A stretch of DNA of 64,000 nucleotides, taken from contig JBDOQK010000082.1 of NCBI GenBank assembly GCA_040437565.1, positions 1 to 64,000 on the forward strand, read 5' to 3'. Source of the stretch: Albugo candida. Its lineage: Eukaryota. The notes beneath the pieces are model-generated. The model had not been told where the DNA came from. It made no database searches and saw nothing but the letters and a program-made list of their open reading frames with translations. A program made the translations under genes and the position numbers. Below, in pieces: positions 13,823 through 25,927 of this stretch (the first letter of the stretch is position 1; every line of letters starts with the position of its first letter).

Positions 13823-14965
13823 TTATTCTTGATTCAATCTTGATCCGTCTTTGTGCTGATATATCCGTCCGAGCCAATTCAGCGGGTTGTACTTAGAAGG
13901 GCGAGGTAGTATCTTCTTTACGTTGAAATAGGAGTAGAGTTCATTCACGGCCTTGGAGAATCGATACATTATGGGAGGTCCATACGCTACGAACCGCATA
14001 CATTGTGTACTGGATTCGGCTTCATCCGACATGATGTCGTTGATTAACACTTTGGCAATCTGGTCGATAAATATCCTCTTTTGATTACTCGCACTCAATA
14101 TCATGTAGATATCGTCGAACTTGTGTCGGAAATGTCTTTTAGAACTCGCATTTACTCTTTCCGCATTCATCATCGCTGACAAATGTTCAAAAATAGTGTC
14201 CACAATATACCGAAAATTGATCAAAATGGCTACGAACATGTTTGAAAAGATAAAGCACCCCAATTCTCTAAAACCGTTCGTGGAGATGGCGTCCGAAGCG
14301 ACATGGGAAGCAGACTGGAGCTGTCCAGTAGGATCCGAGAGATCAGTTGATTGGGGTGAGGATACGGGATGTTTGCGCATCAATTCGCGAACATCAGAAG
14401 TGATGAAACGGAGATTAAATTCTGATTGTCTTATGACTCCAATCCACAGCTTCAGTATTGTCTTATAAACAAAAGCTGCATCTTCACCATAAGAAGAATT
14501 CTCGGAATAGGGTGTTGATTTGTATGATGCTTTCAGATACTTTAGCAGCATTTGCTTCTCGTTGGGTTCTTCCTGAATGCTTTCATGAGCGAATGCTTCC
14601 AATAAGTCTTCATCCCAGCTATTACGTTTTCGAAAGGGTAACCATTGCAATGGATTCCAACTTCTCTCTCCGTCCGATTTCATAAATTCTTCTTTCATCG
14701 AAAGAAACGTTCCTTCACAACCAAACCAAAGAAATTGATGCGCAGCCATTGCTCCCAGTAGAATTTTTTTGCCTGGGACATAAACATTATTCTCGTCGGC
14801 CTCTGTACGTGCCGTAGCTTTTCCATCCCCGGTACTGGAAGAACCAGCCTCGACACGTCCGAGGTTGGATTCGGGAGGATGGGGCTTTACGCCCTCAATA
14901 GTGGACGTTGTAAGGACCCATGTGGAAAGAACGAGTAAGTGGGACAAAAGTATTGGAGGAACCAT
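13823..14965 (-). CDS. Intronless 380-aa predicted secreted protein of unknown function (candidate effector)
   Basis: Longest ORF in the window. First ATG is at 14965 (the ORF track starts at an upstream TTG). Signal-peptide-like N-terminus MVPPILLSHLLVLSTWVLTTSTIEG, INR/FPR-like element just upstream, and a clear paralogue at 37094-38386. Confidence 0.85.
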   Translation of the reverse strand: MVPPILLSHLLVLSTWVLTTSTIEGVKPHPPESNLGRVEAGSSSTGDGKATARTEADENNVYVPGKKILLGAMAAHQFLWFGCEGTFLSMKEEFMKSDGERSWNPLQWLPFRKRNSWDEDLLEAFAHESIQEEPNEKQMLLKYLKASYKSTPYSENSSYGEDAAFVYKTILKLWIGVIRQSEFNLRFITSDVRELMRKHPVSSPQSTDLSDPTGQLQSASHVASDAISTNGFRELGCFIFSNMFVAILINFRYIVDTIFEHLSAMMNAERVNASSKRHFRHKFDDIYMILSASNQKRIFIDQIAKVLINDIMSDEAESSTQCMRFVAYGPPIMYRFSKAVNELYSYFNVKKILPRPSKYNPLNWLGRIYQHKDGSRLNQE

Positions 14966-14980
14966 ACAACTCAACTGCCA

Positions 14981-14998
14981 GAAAAATTGAAAATGAGA
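14981..14998 (-). promoter_or_regulatory. Oomycete INR+FPR-like core promoter
   Basis: Minus strand TCTCATTTTCAATTTTTC, 15 nt upstream of the ATG. Resembles GCTCATTYBNNNWTTY and is conserved in position in the paralogue. Confidence 0.65.
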
Positions 14999-15070
14999 TC
15001 TCTTTGTCGTTTAATTCTCAAAAGAAATAGGTGGCACATAGACGCACGTAAGAGCCATTCCATATCGATT

Positions 15071-15152
15071 CGATTGGCTGAAGCACGCGTCACTGATTGC
15101 GATTTCGCTTTTAGGGAAGAAGTACGTAGGAAGGAGAATTGATTGGATGAAA
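15071..15152 (-). promoter_or_regulatory. Two CCAAT boxes
   Basis: CGATTGGCTGAA (15071) and TTGATTGGATGAAA (15139). Equivalent ATTGG sites occur in the paralogue promoter at ~38496 and ~38564. Confidence 0.55.
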
Positions 15153-17666
15153 TTAGGTAATGGACCACTTTTGACTGCTTGTAAAGGGTTGGAGTGCGTA
15201 TCAAAGTAGGACTTCTTCATTTCATCTATTGTTTATGCGTCAAAATCAGTTGTTACAGCAAGTTCCCATGTATTATCCGGTCTTCCTCTGCTTTTTATTG
15301 AGAAGAGACCGTAGCCTCTCATTGCACTCCACTTATTCCGCTAGCAATTAGTGCAGACACACCGTCCGTCTTCGTCTATATGTGCTGCTTTGTTTCAATT
15401 CCCTCCGACCCTTCCTTCTTTATCTCGTTATTACTTATAGAACAGCATCAAAACGATACCAATTGTGACAGTGCTTCTTGACACAGACTAAAATGTGTCC
15501 TGTTTCACCATCCGATAACGGAGCTTTTTTTCAAGTTAGACACTTTTGACGCAGGTGCCATTCATATTTTGATGAGCGACTGGAGTAAAGTCTGTGAATT
15601 ATGCGATCATCCTTATCCTTCAAAGCAACGAAAAATCACGGAACGGGATGCAATACACATGCCAGCGTAATTCGGGTATCAACTCGGCGACATCACAATG
15701 TTCATAGACCCTTCTATGTAGCTGTTAACCTTGTCCGGAAAAGAGTGTTGATTAAAGGTTCACGCTATGTTCTAGATGTTCCCCGCGAAGTAATGTAGTG
15801 GATTTGCATCATATCACTCGTTGTGAGGACGTGCAACGGCGGTGTAGAGTCCGTAGTAGCTATCTACGCTTGGCTCTAATCGAACTCAATGAGACGAATC
15901 CTTGCTGATGCAAAGTTGTGGACCAGATTGTCAAGCTGTTCTGTACCACGCCAATATCGTGAAACACATCTTGGAGATGACTATCAAAATATAGCTAGTT
16001 GTTAGTCCTGGAGAAGTATTGTCTGGAGGTCGGTAGTCGCTCAGCCTCTATTGCAAGACACTATTGACTACATCGATTAGTTCGCTGCTCTGGTATCGGA
16101 TATGGCAAAAGAAATTGCGATCTTGATTGACTTGTGTGCGTTTATAATTCCACTTCATCTATCAGTTTACTTTGATGACATTCTAAAAAACTACAACAGA
16201 AGAAAGAATGCGTTGAGGGCTGGCAAGAGATACGTTTATTCGTTCATGGACGTTCCTACTCTCTTTGTAACGTCTTCCGACTCGAGTTAAGAGCTTCAAA
16301 CTACAATAGATATAGACAATGATAGTTTAAAAGTAGACTGATTCATAGAATCTTGGTGTAGATAGGAAGTTGCCGGCAGAGGCAATTTTGTTCGATGACA
16401 TCTAGTCTTTTCTCTTTCAACCAACAATGAAAACAAGCCGAGCGAAAATTAAAATGGCAGTAAAGATAACGGACTAGAACGTATTATACGCATAGATCTT
16501 ATCTTTAAGCTAAAGCTAGGACTGGGATGATGTGGACGGCAACCATGATCGATCGTCCTGCTGGTTTCCATTGGTAGAATGTACATATTCATTCACTTGA
16601 AGTTACGTATGAGTGCGACTTTTACTATAAAAAGCTTTGTCAGAGTTATTTACGCTGTAATCCACCTCTTTTCGCCAGGAATATCAGCAATGCATCCAAA
16701 TTTGCAGGAATATTACTGGGAATGAACGCATTGGTTTTAAGGCCCCCTTTTACTGTAAAATGCCGTGGGTTTTGTTGGCTAGCTACTCTGCAGATACCCA
16801 GCTGCGCACGGTTCTTCTTCGAACAACTTGTCGAATTTAGTGTAATGCAAAGGGTATTCTGATGCTGTACGGGTCATAGAATTCGAACATAATTTGACAC
16901 AGCCACTTTCGTGGGTTTTGTTTGTTCTCCTTACTTGGTTATGCATCTACTTGATGCGATTGAGATTTCTGTTAAGAATTGACTCAAGTACACTTGTCAG
17001 TATCATTACTTTAGCGCTTAGCGTTCCTCTCATATGGACTATCATCAATCTCTGCAAATACGTTACTTGGGTCAGCTAAAAGCGTTTTACTACAATTTTT
17101 ACTATGTAAACACGCATGATGTGCTCGTTGAAGTGAGTATGACTTGACAATCATATCTGCATAGTGAACCCTAATTTGCCCATCCAATGATCCATTCCCG
17201 GAAAGCTCCGTGGACATTAATTTCTTCAGACATTTTATCAAAAACTTTGTTTGTCTTTATGTAACGAAAGATGGGCTACTTCCCAACGACCATGAATAAA
17301 TTGGCTTTATCATTTATCCATGGCAATCGGTGAGTTCTGTATCCACAAATAAGAGATAGCGTTCATCGAATCGATCTCAGAAATACTGACTAGAGAGAAT
17401 CATCCCTCTCTGTCAAAAATCTGGCTGTACTGATTCAAGAAGAAGGTAATTTCAGTCTCACACTGCCGATGGTGGCTGGGATTAAAAATGGAGGTTCCCA
17501 ATAGATGATAGCTGTCAAGGGCTTGGAGAAGATGGATGCGATGCGAAGGGAAGGATCAAGAAAACGATCTATCGATTATAAACTAATTTATTTTCTTGGT
17601 CATGTCGTTACATTGCACTCGTAAATGATGTAGAAATGTATACCGACAGTAAAAGATGGAAGCCAG

Positions 17667-17797
17667 TATAGCCACACTCCCTAACTTAAATGAGAACACT
17701 GGTATAGCCACGCCCCTTAAATGTCTCAGATTAATGGGAACCGGTACCGCCACATTCGCGAAATTAAAATTATTCAAGGGAACCGGTATCACCACAC
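17667..17797. repeat. Four spaced copies of a CC(A/G)GTATAGCCAC-like motif, probably a transposon subterminal repeat
   Basis: CCAGTATAGCCAC, CTGGTATAGCCAC, CCGGTACCGCCAC and CCGGTATCACCAC at ~33-42 bp spacing with non-identical spacers. Confidence 0.6.
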
Positions 17798-18109
17798 ATC
17801 TTGCTTTTCAAAATCGCTATAAACCTGCATACATTGCTCTACGTACGCTAACGTGAATACTCTCTCCTCACTGTACCACTTATATCACCCCCGGGACACA
17901 CCTATGAGATCTATGAGACTGCTGAATAGGTAGTACAAACCGTTGCGTGGCAAGAAGTCTATTCCACAAACAAAGCCCGAACAAAAGCCGACAAGTACGG
18001 AAATACTAGGAAGGTGTGGCTTGCTTGCGTCCACGGTGGTCGGTACAAAAACTAGGATACGAGGATCCGCCAAACATCAACGCGCCTTCTTATGTGCCCA
18101 TTGAGACCA

Positions 18110-20377
18110 TTTGGTGTTTTGACGCAAGTCGAACTCGTCCAAGTCTATTGAGATGGCTCGGGTGCGAAACTCAACTTGAGTAAATCATCCTTACTCTCTT
18201 TAACCGGACCATACGGTGTCCACCTATTGCCCATTTGACAATTATGTTTCCGGAGGATTCGATCAAGTATTTAGGTATTCCGGTCGGCCAGAAACCAACT
18301 CATTCGATGGTTATTTCAACTCTCGACAAACGTTTTTACGATGGGCTTGGTCTATGGTTCCGATGAGCAAGAACTGTTCGTTGTCGACTACTGGTTGCGC
18401 AGACGACGATTTTATCACGTTTGTGGCATTAAACGATACCCGTTGATATACCAGAAGAGACTATTCGACAGTGGCAGTCAATGTTTAATGGATTTGTGCT
18501 TGGTCGGAAACACAAAAAAGATTCAAAACATGTTCACCTGATCGGCAAAGAATTTTTATATCTTCGCCGCCAAGATGGCGGACTACAAGTTCAATTTTTG
18601 GTGGGACGACTGAAGCTACAGCGTATTCAATTCCTTCAGCAGTTCCCATCCGATGCGTCAACAATTATTCCTGTGAATTGGACAACTGCTTCGACGGAAT
18701 TATTACAGCTTATTCAACCTTCCTTTGGACCACACAAGCCGATGGATATATTCACCATCGCGCCAAATTGACATGGAAAAATGATTCAATGGGAGACATA
18801 TCGTCATGGTGAAAACACGCCTTTAAAATGTGGCATCAGATGGATTGGATCCTTTCAATTTCAGATTTGAATAATTTACAGCGCCGTCAGTACTACATGT
18901 AACAACCGATCTGGTTCCACTACGACCAAGAATAACATTATAAACCTTCTACTCGCCATCCGAGTACGCAGAACGTTGGTACAATCTTGGTATGGCGACC
19001 GAACCACATCGCACGTTTTGAAAAACGTTTGCTACACTTTTCGACGTTCGAAGTCTGCAAGACTTTTTTCGTCAAACCGACACATGGCCAACGAAGGAAG
19101 ATTTTGTCGACAGTTATTACAATGACGAAGAGCTAAATACATCGGATATGGCTGAAAAAAAGTTGCTGAGTCGACTTTACAATAAATTCACGCAGATACT
19201 ACACCGTACCCACTTGACGATGGATCTTATCACTTGGATCCAGCCAAACACAAGTGGCAGATCGTTCTATGTGGTAATACAATGCAAGGAAAAGATACAT
19301 TATTTATCATACATCCGACGCCGTTAACACTCACGAGTCGTCTGGAAACCTCCCGAACCAACCAAGAGTCATCCGATGTCGACACATTGGTCAACACGGG
19401 AGAGATCGGACAAACTGGATACCGAACGAATTGGAACATATATGGCTACATCACGGCAGCTTCGGAAACGTGTATTACCGATTTACGAAAATTAACAGTT
19501 TCGTCTAACCTTTCGAATGTTGTCACTCCGATCTCGTTTCAGGTTTTTAAGGATATTCATCCCGACATTATATTGTGCACGTAGCCTTCGTTTGGGGCAG
19601 TGGAATCCGATCAATATCTCTTTTTATAGTGCGATCACACGGCACAATCATGAAGGGAGTTACTCCCTAGTTGGGATCAATTCTTCTCATCCCGACCACG
19701 TTGTACGCATATTGCATGTGCAATCGTACCAACAATACATTCGGATTGGAAAGAATATCAAGAAATTATATCAGATTTATGGCTTGCATTGCAAGCGGTG
19801 ACACTGCACTTCGTCTGAACAGATCGGAATCGTCGTTTGTTCGATCATCGATCAGCAACTCCGACAGTTCCAGCACTTTCCGTGATCTACACCACGTTTA
19901 GTGCGCACGTTCGGTACTTTCGAAAACAGTGTTACGACCATGAGGAACGCATTCGGCTTGCTGAAGTTTTGTATCAACTCGCAACGCAAGGATCATTTGG
20001 TGGATTTTTCAGAAGCCGAAGATCATTACTGCGGGTACGGCACAGACAAGTCAAAATGCAAGTCCAACTCGGATCATAATTCAAGTTGGATGACAATATT
20101 CAGCCTAGTGTGGCGCACACCACTTTGTAAACCACGGTACTTTTGGACCATTTTTACAACTTTACAACTTTACAGCATTTACAGGATGGACACAGTCTCG
20201 TATTAAAGGGGCTGAGGCTACTGCAATTTGGGATTCATGAAGAGGAGACAAAATATCATCTTTCACAGCTATTTTGACGAAACCTGTTTCGAATGTAAAA
20301 ACATTATTTTAGATAGCCTAGGCAGCTAAAGAAGTAAGTTTGACTAACTCTAGTAATATAGACAGCTTCAACTGTAC
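18110..20377 (+). mobile_element. 5'-truncated, decayed L1/Tx1-like LINE (end of RT, C-terminal ORF2 and 3' tail)
   Basis: GSGAKLNLSKS, IKYLGIPVG, ARTVRCRLLVAQTTILSRLWH and LYLRRQDGGLQV are typical post-RT LINE motifs. Ends in the shared tail ...CCTAGGC...GACAGCTTCAACTGTAC (20306-20377). Confidence 0.88.
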
Positions 20378-20534
20378 TAAACGACAACCTCCTTGATCAG
20401 AAGCCATGTTCTGACACCAACTTAATGTGTCCACGTTATGGTACTGGTAAGAAGTCCTAACACTAATCTCGAAGCAGCAAATGCTCGCAAAGCGTCTACC
20501 GAAGCCACTAACGATGCCCAAAAAGCCACAAAAT

Positions 20535-20575
20535 CAGAAGAAGAAGAAGCAGAAGAAGCAGAAGAAGCAGAAGAA
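20535..20575. repeat. (GAA)n/(CAGAAGAAG)n simple repeat
   Basis: Directly visible purine-rich tandem repeat. Confidence 0.9.
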
Positions 20576-22343
20576 AGGTCAAAAGGTTAGAATCGACGTA
20601 CGTAAAAGACACGGAGAAGAGGAGTGAAATTAACATGAAATTGCCGTAAAAAACCTGAAAAGAAATGTCTGAAAGCGCACTTACTTGAAGAAGATAAATC
20701 ATTGAATCGAAAATCAAGAGCCAAAGAGAAGAAAAAGTGGCAAAACCATAGGAAGAGCATTGAAATCTCAGACAAAGATAAGTTACATAGGCAATCGCAA
20801 TCTCTCACAAGTGAATAAGACAACAAAGAAAATGATACAAGCTATGACATAAGGCGCGCCTGAGAAAGACGCAATGAAGTAGAGTAATCAGTTCGGAAAG
20901 ATTGAGGTCCAGATTGCAAAAGAAACTTCACCCAATCCGATTCGTCAAGGTAAATTCTCCATTGAGGGGCGAAGCATTAGTGTGGCATTGTATGTATCAT
21001 CGTTATAAAAAACAATGCGATTGATAACCATTCTGAAAGAAGAGCCAAAGCGGTATATGTGTGAGGCAGTTGGTCGAATCTCATTATCATTCGTTTCGTG
21101 TAGACGTACAAAGCGTTTGAGAAAGTTAGGTTACCCGGGTTGAAAGTAATTGCCAGGATTGAATCCTATATAGTATAAACAGAAGCTTAGTGATCTGTTA
21201 CGTCGTGAAAAGCCTGTTATTTTTCTGCTCGTATCTCATCTCACCTTTCCTTCCACAATGGCTAATATCTCTGCAGAATCCATTCAATCGGGAACGCGTA
21301 CCTTACAATACGAAGCAGTCGATGACGTAAAGAGTCCGTTCATGTCAAACAAAAACGCTCGGTAGGTTAAAACTTTAAGATACGTAATAAACAAAAGGGA
21401 ACTGTCGAAAAGATCTAATTGTGCGTTGTCATTCAATCAGATTTTGCCTTAGTATGAAGTCCTACATGTTACGGGTTGTATGTGTAGGCTCCTGATGATC
21501 AGATGCAAGCGAGTAAGCAGCGTCCATTTCGGTTCTGAAGAAATCCCCAATGTTCTTAACAGTCTTCTTTATATGTGTCAAAAACTTTGTGGCGTGATCG
21601 TAGCGAGCAAAATTGTTCCAACTTTAAAGTTGAGTGCCCGATAATAGACTACTTCGAAACAGATTGAATGAGTAACTTCTTGTCTTTAGATATCTGAAAA
21701 GACCACATTTTCAAGCAAGCTTGATGCTGATTGTTTTGGTCAGTGCGTTCGGACAAAATCATAAATTGATATTGCATAATGACGTTAAGGATAGAAAAAA
21801 TGTTCCTTGCCGCTTGCTCGAGCACATAACAATTGAGGGCAGTTAACTCTCGTGATATATCTTTGACGAATAGTCTAGGTTCTAGACTCTTCAAAAATTA
21901 AAAATGTTTTCTCTGGAGCGTGCTATATTATTCTAAATCAATCCAACTATAATGCAGCATCGAAGAGGAAGTCATGAATGGGTGGATGAAAACCTTGAGG
22001 TAATCATACACATTCGATTCTTTGAGTTTATGATATAGATTTTGAAGTTCGGTGAGAAGAAGAAGTACGCAAGTATCCCAAATGAATTCTTCACAGAGCT
22101 AGAAATTGACTGATAAATGGAGTCAGCGCACGACTTAATTCTACCATCACGTTGGCTTTTTTTGTCTTATCTTTGACGTCCTGAATCTGTCTGATGAGAG
22201 AAAAAATTCTCAACATTTGTAAATTTCTGAGGCGATGTTCTTCAGACTTGTCCGAGTATCTATCATACTTATCCTTCAGGATCGTTTGGACGTACGTTCT
22301 GCCCGTATAATAAGTATTGAATCCGCAAGATGTCAGTTGGAAC

Positions 22344-24640
22344 TAGGGCTCCAAATGGATCTAGATCCAGATCCATTCAGCAAATGGACCCAACGCTCAG
22401 ATCCAGACGCATACCCATACCCAAATTTTTTATGTCCGCTCGATCTGGATCCACCAAGATCTCATAAAAATAAATTCAACTGAAACATGACTCTACGGTA
22501 TTATCAAGTAGTCTCCTTTAGTTTGGAAAAGTACAAAAATTTTACAATCAGTATCTGAGCTTGATCTACGTATATGGGAAGTAGCAGTAATATTTTGGGA
22601 CATGAGCTAATCTTTTGTGCAAATCAAAGCTTCTACTGTTGAATGGCTAAGGAAAGATCTAAAATCAACCAGGATTTGTCCTTCAGAGCTGAAAGATTGC
22701 TCAGAGGCAACTTATGCTGCAGGAATTGCAATGACGTCAACAGCAATTCGCGAGAACAGAGCAAACTTTTCGTGGTTTGGGATCCACCACTCTAGTATAG
22801 AAAGATCGGCTTGGAGAGGGTTAGTGGGTTCTTCCTGGTATATCTCGAGCTCCGCCTTTTTTGCTTCTAGCTGGTATTTTGAGACGCTTTCAGAAATTGT
22901 TCGTATCTTGCTTGCTCACCTAAGGTAGCCTCAATGATATTTGCAAGAGATGAATAAGAGCTGAGTTGCGAGATAGAATCATCTGGAATGATATTATCAA
23001 GTTTGTCTTTGTCGAGGAATGCTAGACAACTAAAATTGGTGTAATTAGCCCTTGTTATATCCAGAAGTTACCTTGATTCCAAGTCTGCTATCTTATCCAA
23101 TGAGGACACTGCATCAACTTGTTCAAAAACATATGAAAAGTATCTCATCTTGTAACGAGGATCAAGGTTAATGGCAAAAGCAAAGATTACCACTGGAGGG
23201 CTGATTTCTTCCATACTCCAATATTTTTTCAATTTTGCCTCCATCGGTTGGCGTTTAATCCTTATGAGATCAATGGGCCGAGTCTTCTCGTCCTCAATAG
23301 TTTTTTAGCACCTGCCAAAGAAGAGGGAACACAAAAGGAGCTATTGGCTAAATGCATCCGGAAAGATCCAAAGTTGCTGTAACAGGGTTGATTAGCCGAA
23401 ATCCTTGAAATTGCGTAAACGTATCGACAACAAAGTGGAATTACCTTTCGTGACTATTTTCAAAAAATCAGCCGAAGTACCCATCCTTTCACTAAAATAT
23501 CTTCGACCAATTTCTGATCAGCAAGGGCGTTGAAGATATTTATGTACGAGAAGGTGCCGCTTGAATACATATAATATGTTGAACTACAGCGAGTTGCAAC
23601 ATCCGTCTTTGGTTGGGCTGTCGTAAAAGGACTGCTGAAATCATTTTCAATTGCTGCATTCACAAGCGTTTGCGAGTAGGCGACGATCTAATCCACTTTA
23701 TGTTGGACCACAACTGAAAAGCACTGGACTATGAGTTGCAATTCAAATAAAGAACATCCCGATGATTGACTGTTCACCTTCTCAAAGATTCCTTCTGAGT
23801 CATTCATCCCGTCATGGACTATCAAGATCAGGATGTGGGCAATGCACTTTCTATGGAAGTATTTGGGATCTCGGATTTGTACGTCTGGTGTTAAGGAATA
23901 TGGCCAACTGCCAGCTTCTTTGATGAAGTATTATAAAGTCTGAGGGTCATCATCTTAGACTTGAAGCAAAATTCATTCACCCCTCCCAGATAATCTGTAG
24001 ATATATCTTTGCCAGTGTGTGCTCCTATCAAATTATGAAATCTGATGATCTGTTTGCAGAACTTGTATCCTAAAGTGATCCATTGTGCAGTCAATGCCAT
24101 GTACTTAATGGTTTTATTAGAAGTTCAAATATCTGGGGTGAATGGAATTGACTCAAACTTCTGGCTGCGACAGTTGTTCTACTGTCAGCTTTGAAGCTTG
24201 ACTGAACAGTTTCCACCAGGCGACGGAATCCAGGAAGTTACACGTCAGATAATGGCAACTCATGAAAAATAATTCTTTCTATCAGCTTTTTGTTGGCAAT
24301 TTCGTGATCTTATTTCCAAATCGCCGGGAGAAGGTTAAAAGTGTTTGGGTTTCCCTTTGGTGGCCACCTTATGCTCTTTGTGATGCTTTATCATGGCAGA
24401 CGTTCCTGGTTTTGAAGCTCAAGACAGCAGAGCATTTGACGCACTTGGCTTTTAGATTACCTTCGTGGGTTTTATACTCCTCGAAATATTCCCAGACAGC
24501 TGAGAAGCGACCCTGCTTTAGCATTCCCTGGTTGCCAGGGCTTTCAAGGGTAGTTGAAAATCTGAGTTGCTGCGTCAGAGGTGGTGTAGTTGGCGTGAAA
24601 CCTTGTTTCTTTAGTCTGCTAATTTTTCATTAAGCCATTT
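22344..24640 (-). mobile_element. Decayed Ac/Tam3-like hAT transposon
   Basis: BED finger WEYFEEY...AKCVKC; FTPDI*TS...YMALTAQWI...HTG; CIAHIL; DVATRCSSTYYM; LDPRYK; dimerisation region WW...AIPAA*VASEQSFS...VEALIC. One end TAGGGCT with GGATC/GATCC subterminal repeats at 22344-22460; the other end was not found. Confidence 0.92.
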
Positions 24641-24799
24641 TTATGGTATGAAAAAGGGAATATAAAAAAATGTACCAATTTGATAAAAAAATAAAGAAAT
24701 ACCAAGGCTGTATACTATACACCGGGATATACACATGGGTAGGATTATAACGAGGAAACCTAGTCTTGAATTAAAATCCTCTGACCAATAATGCACTAT

Positions 24800-25770
24800 G
24801 TAGTAAGGATAATGAAGGATACAATTTCTCGTCCCTTATTGCACAAGTCCTGCGATTATGGCCGAATTCGTTGCACATTCCACATCTCGTTCGCTTACAC
24901 GTCACGTAACGTTCGACCTCCATCAAGCAGTCGATAATCCGAAGGTTCCAAATTCCCTTCAACACGCTTCTTACCGAGTCCACGTTTTCTGATTCCATAG
25001 TATTGTATTTTCTACATGATAAGTAACCTGTTGACCAATCTTCACGCTCAACCTCCTGAAGATACAACAGCACACTGCTGTTCGAGTTTGTGATACTCGC
25101 TTTCGCCTCCGCGTACTCTTCCGTTGTTCGTGAACGAGCCAATATCCATGCCAAATTTTTGAACAACTTTTGCTTGTATTTCTTTTCGAAATTGTCCATT
25201 AATTGCCGGAACCAGAAAAAAACGTGGGGCATCGGGTGCCGATGTATGCATGGCTTTTATAAACCCCTTGTCCCTATCCGATATCACAAATGCTGTAGAA
25301 AGCTTGAGGTGAGAGAGTAGAACTTCAAAAAGCAGCTCCATTTATCTTTATCTCTATTCTCTATCGACACAAGCCCAAATCCGATAATTTGATTCTCGTT
25401 GTTTCCATTTCGAAAGCACGCAACAAGGAGTATCCCACCGATTGATGTCTTTACAAATGTGCCGTCCACGGATATCCCACGCTCATTGTATGACTTATAT
25501 GCTTATAGACCTTCCCAAAGAATTATACTTAACCGTAGAAATTCATCATGTACTATATCAATCTTCGCTTCGTGGCCTCAAATGCTTAGTCCAGCCACGA
25601 ATCATTGAATGAAGGCTGTATTGCTAAATATAACTTCCTTCTACCTCAAGCTTCAAAATTTGGACTTTGTGAGCACAGTGCATATATGTGATGGAATCCG
25701 CTTGGTTTTTACCAGTCACTTTCCTATCGGAGAAAATGGCCATATCTCTGACTGCAAGACTTGAAGCAGT
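24800..25770 (-). mobile_element. MULE (MuDR-type) transposase fragment
   Basis: DGTFVKTSIGGILLVAC, FVISDRDKG, FFWFRQLMDNF and the knuckle CGMCNEFGHNRRTC, spread over frameshifted ORFs. Confidence 0.9.
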
Positions 25771-25777
25771 TTGTTTT

Positions 25778-25927
25778 TTTGTCAAGGATTTCATTACACT
25801 CTTTATCTGGTTCTTTAACTACCTTCCTTATCCTATCATGACTGCCTGACCGTGTGAATATCACTTAAGTCTGACTTCAAATCTAGGGAGGCAGATATTT
25901 TCCAAGCTTATTGCTTGGGTTGGCTCA
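25778..25927 (-). mobile_element. 3' portion of the SINE, abutting a LINE 3' end
   Basis: Matches the 3' ~150 bp of the SINE at 45289-45540 (CCTGACCGTGTGAATATCACTTAAGTCTGACTTCAAA). Confidence 0.9.

Noticed and set aside
13823..14965. RXLR-dEER, LxLFLAK or CHxC/CCG effector
   Set aside because: None of these motifs follows the signal peptide; RTEADE is not RXLR.
15850..17560. Membrane-protein-like short ORFs
   Set aside because: Only short hydrophobic fragments, with no identifiable family or supportable gene model.
17667..17797. CRISPR-like repeat-spacer array
   Set aside because: Repeats are only ~13 bp and degenerate, the context is eukaryotic, and there are no cas genes.
18110..20240. 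Novel duplicated gene shared with 40105-40950
   Set aside because: Translation shows standard post-RT LINE ORF2 motifs.
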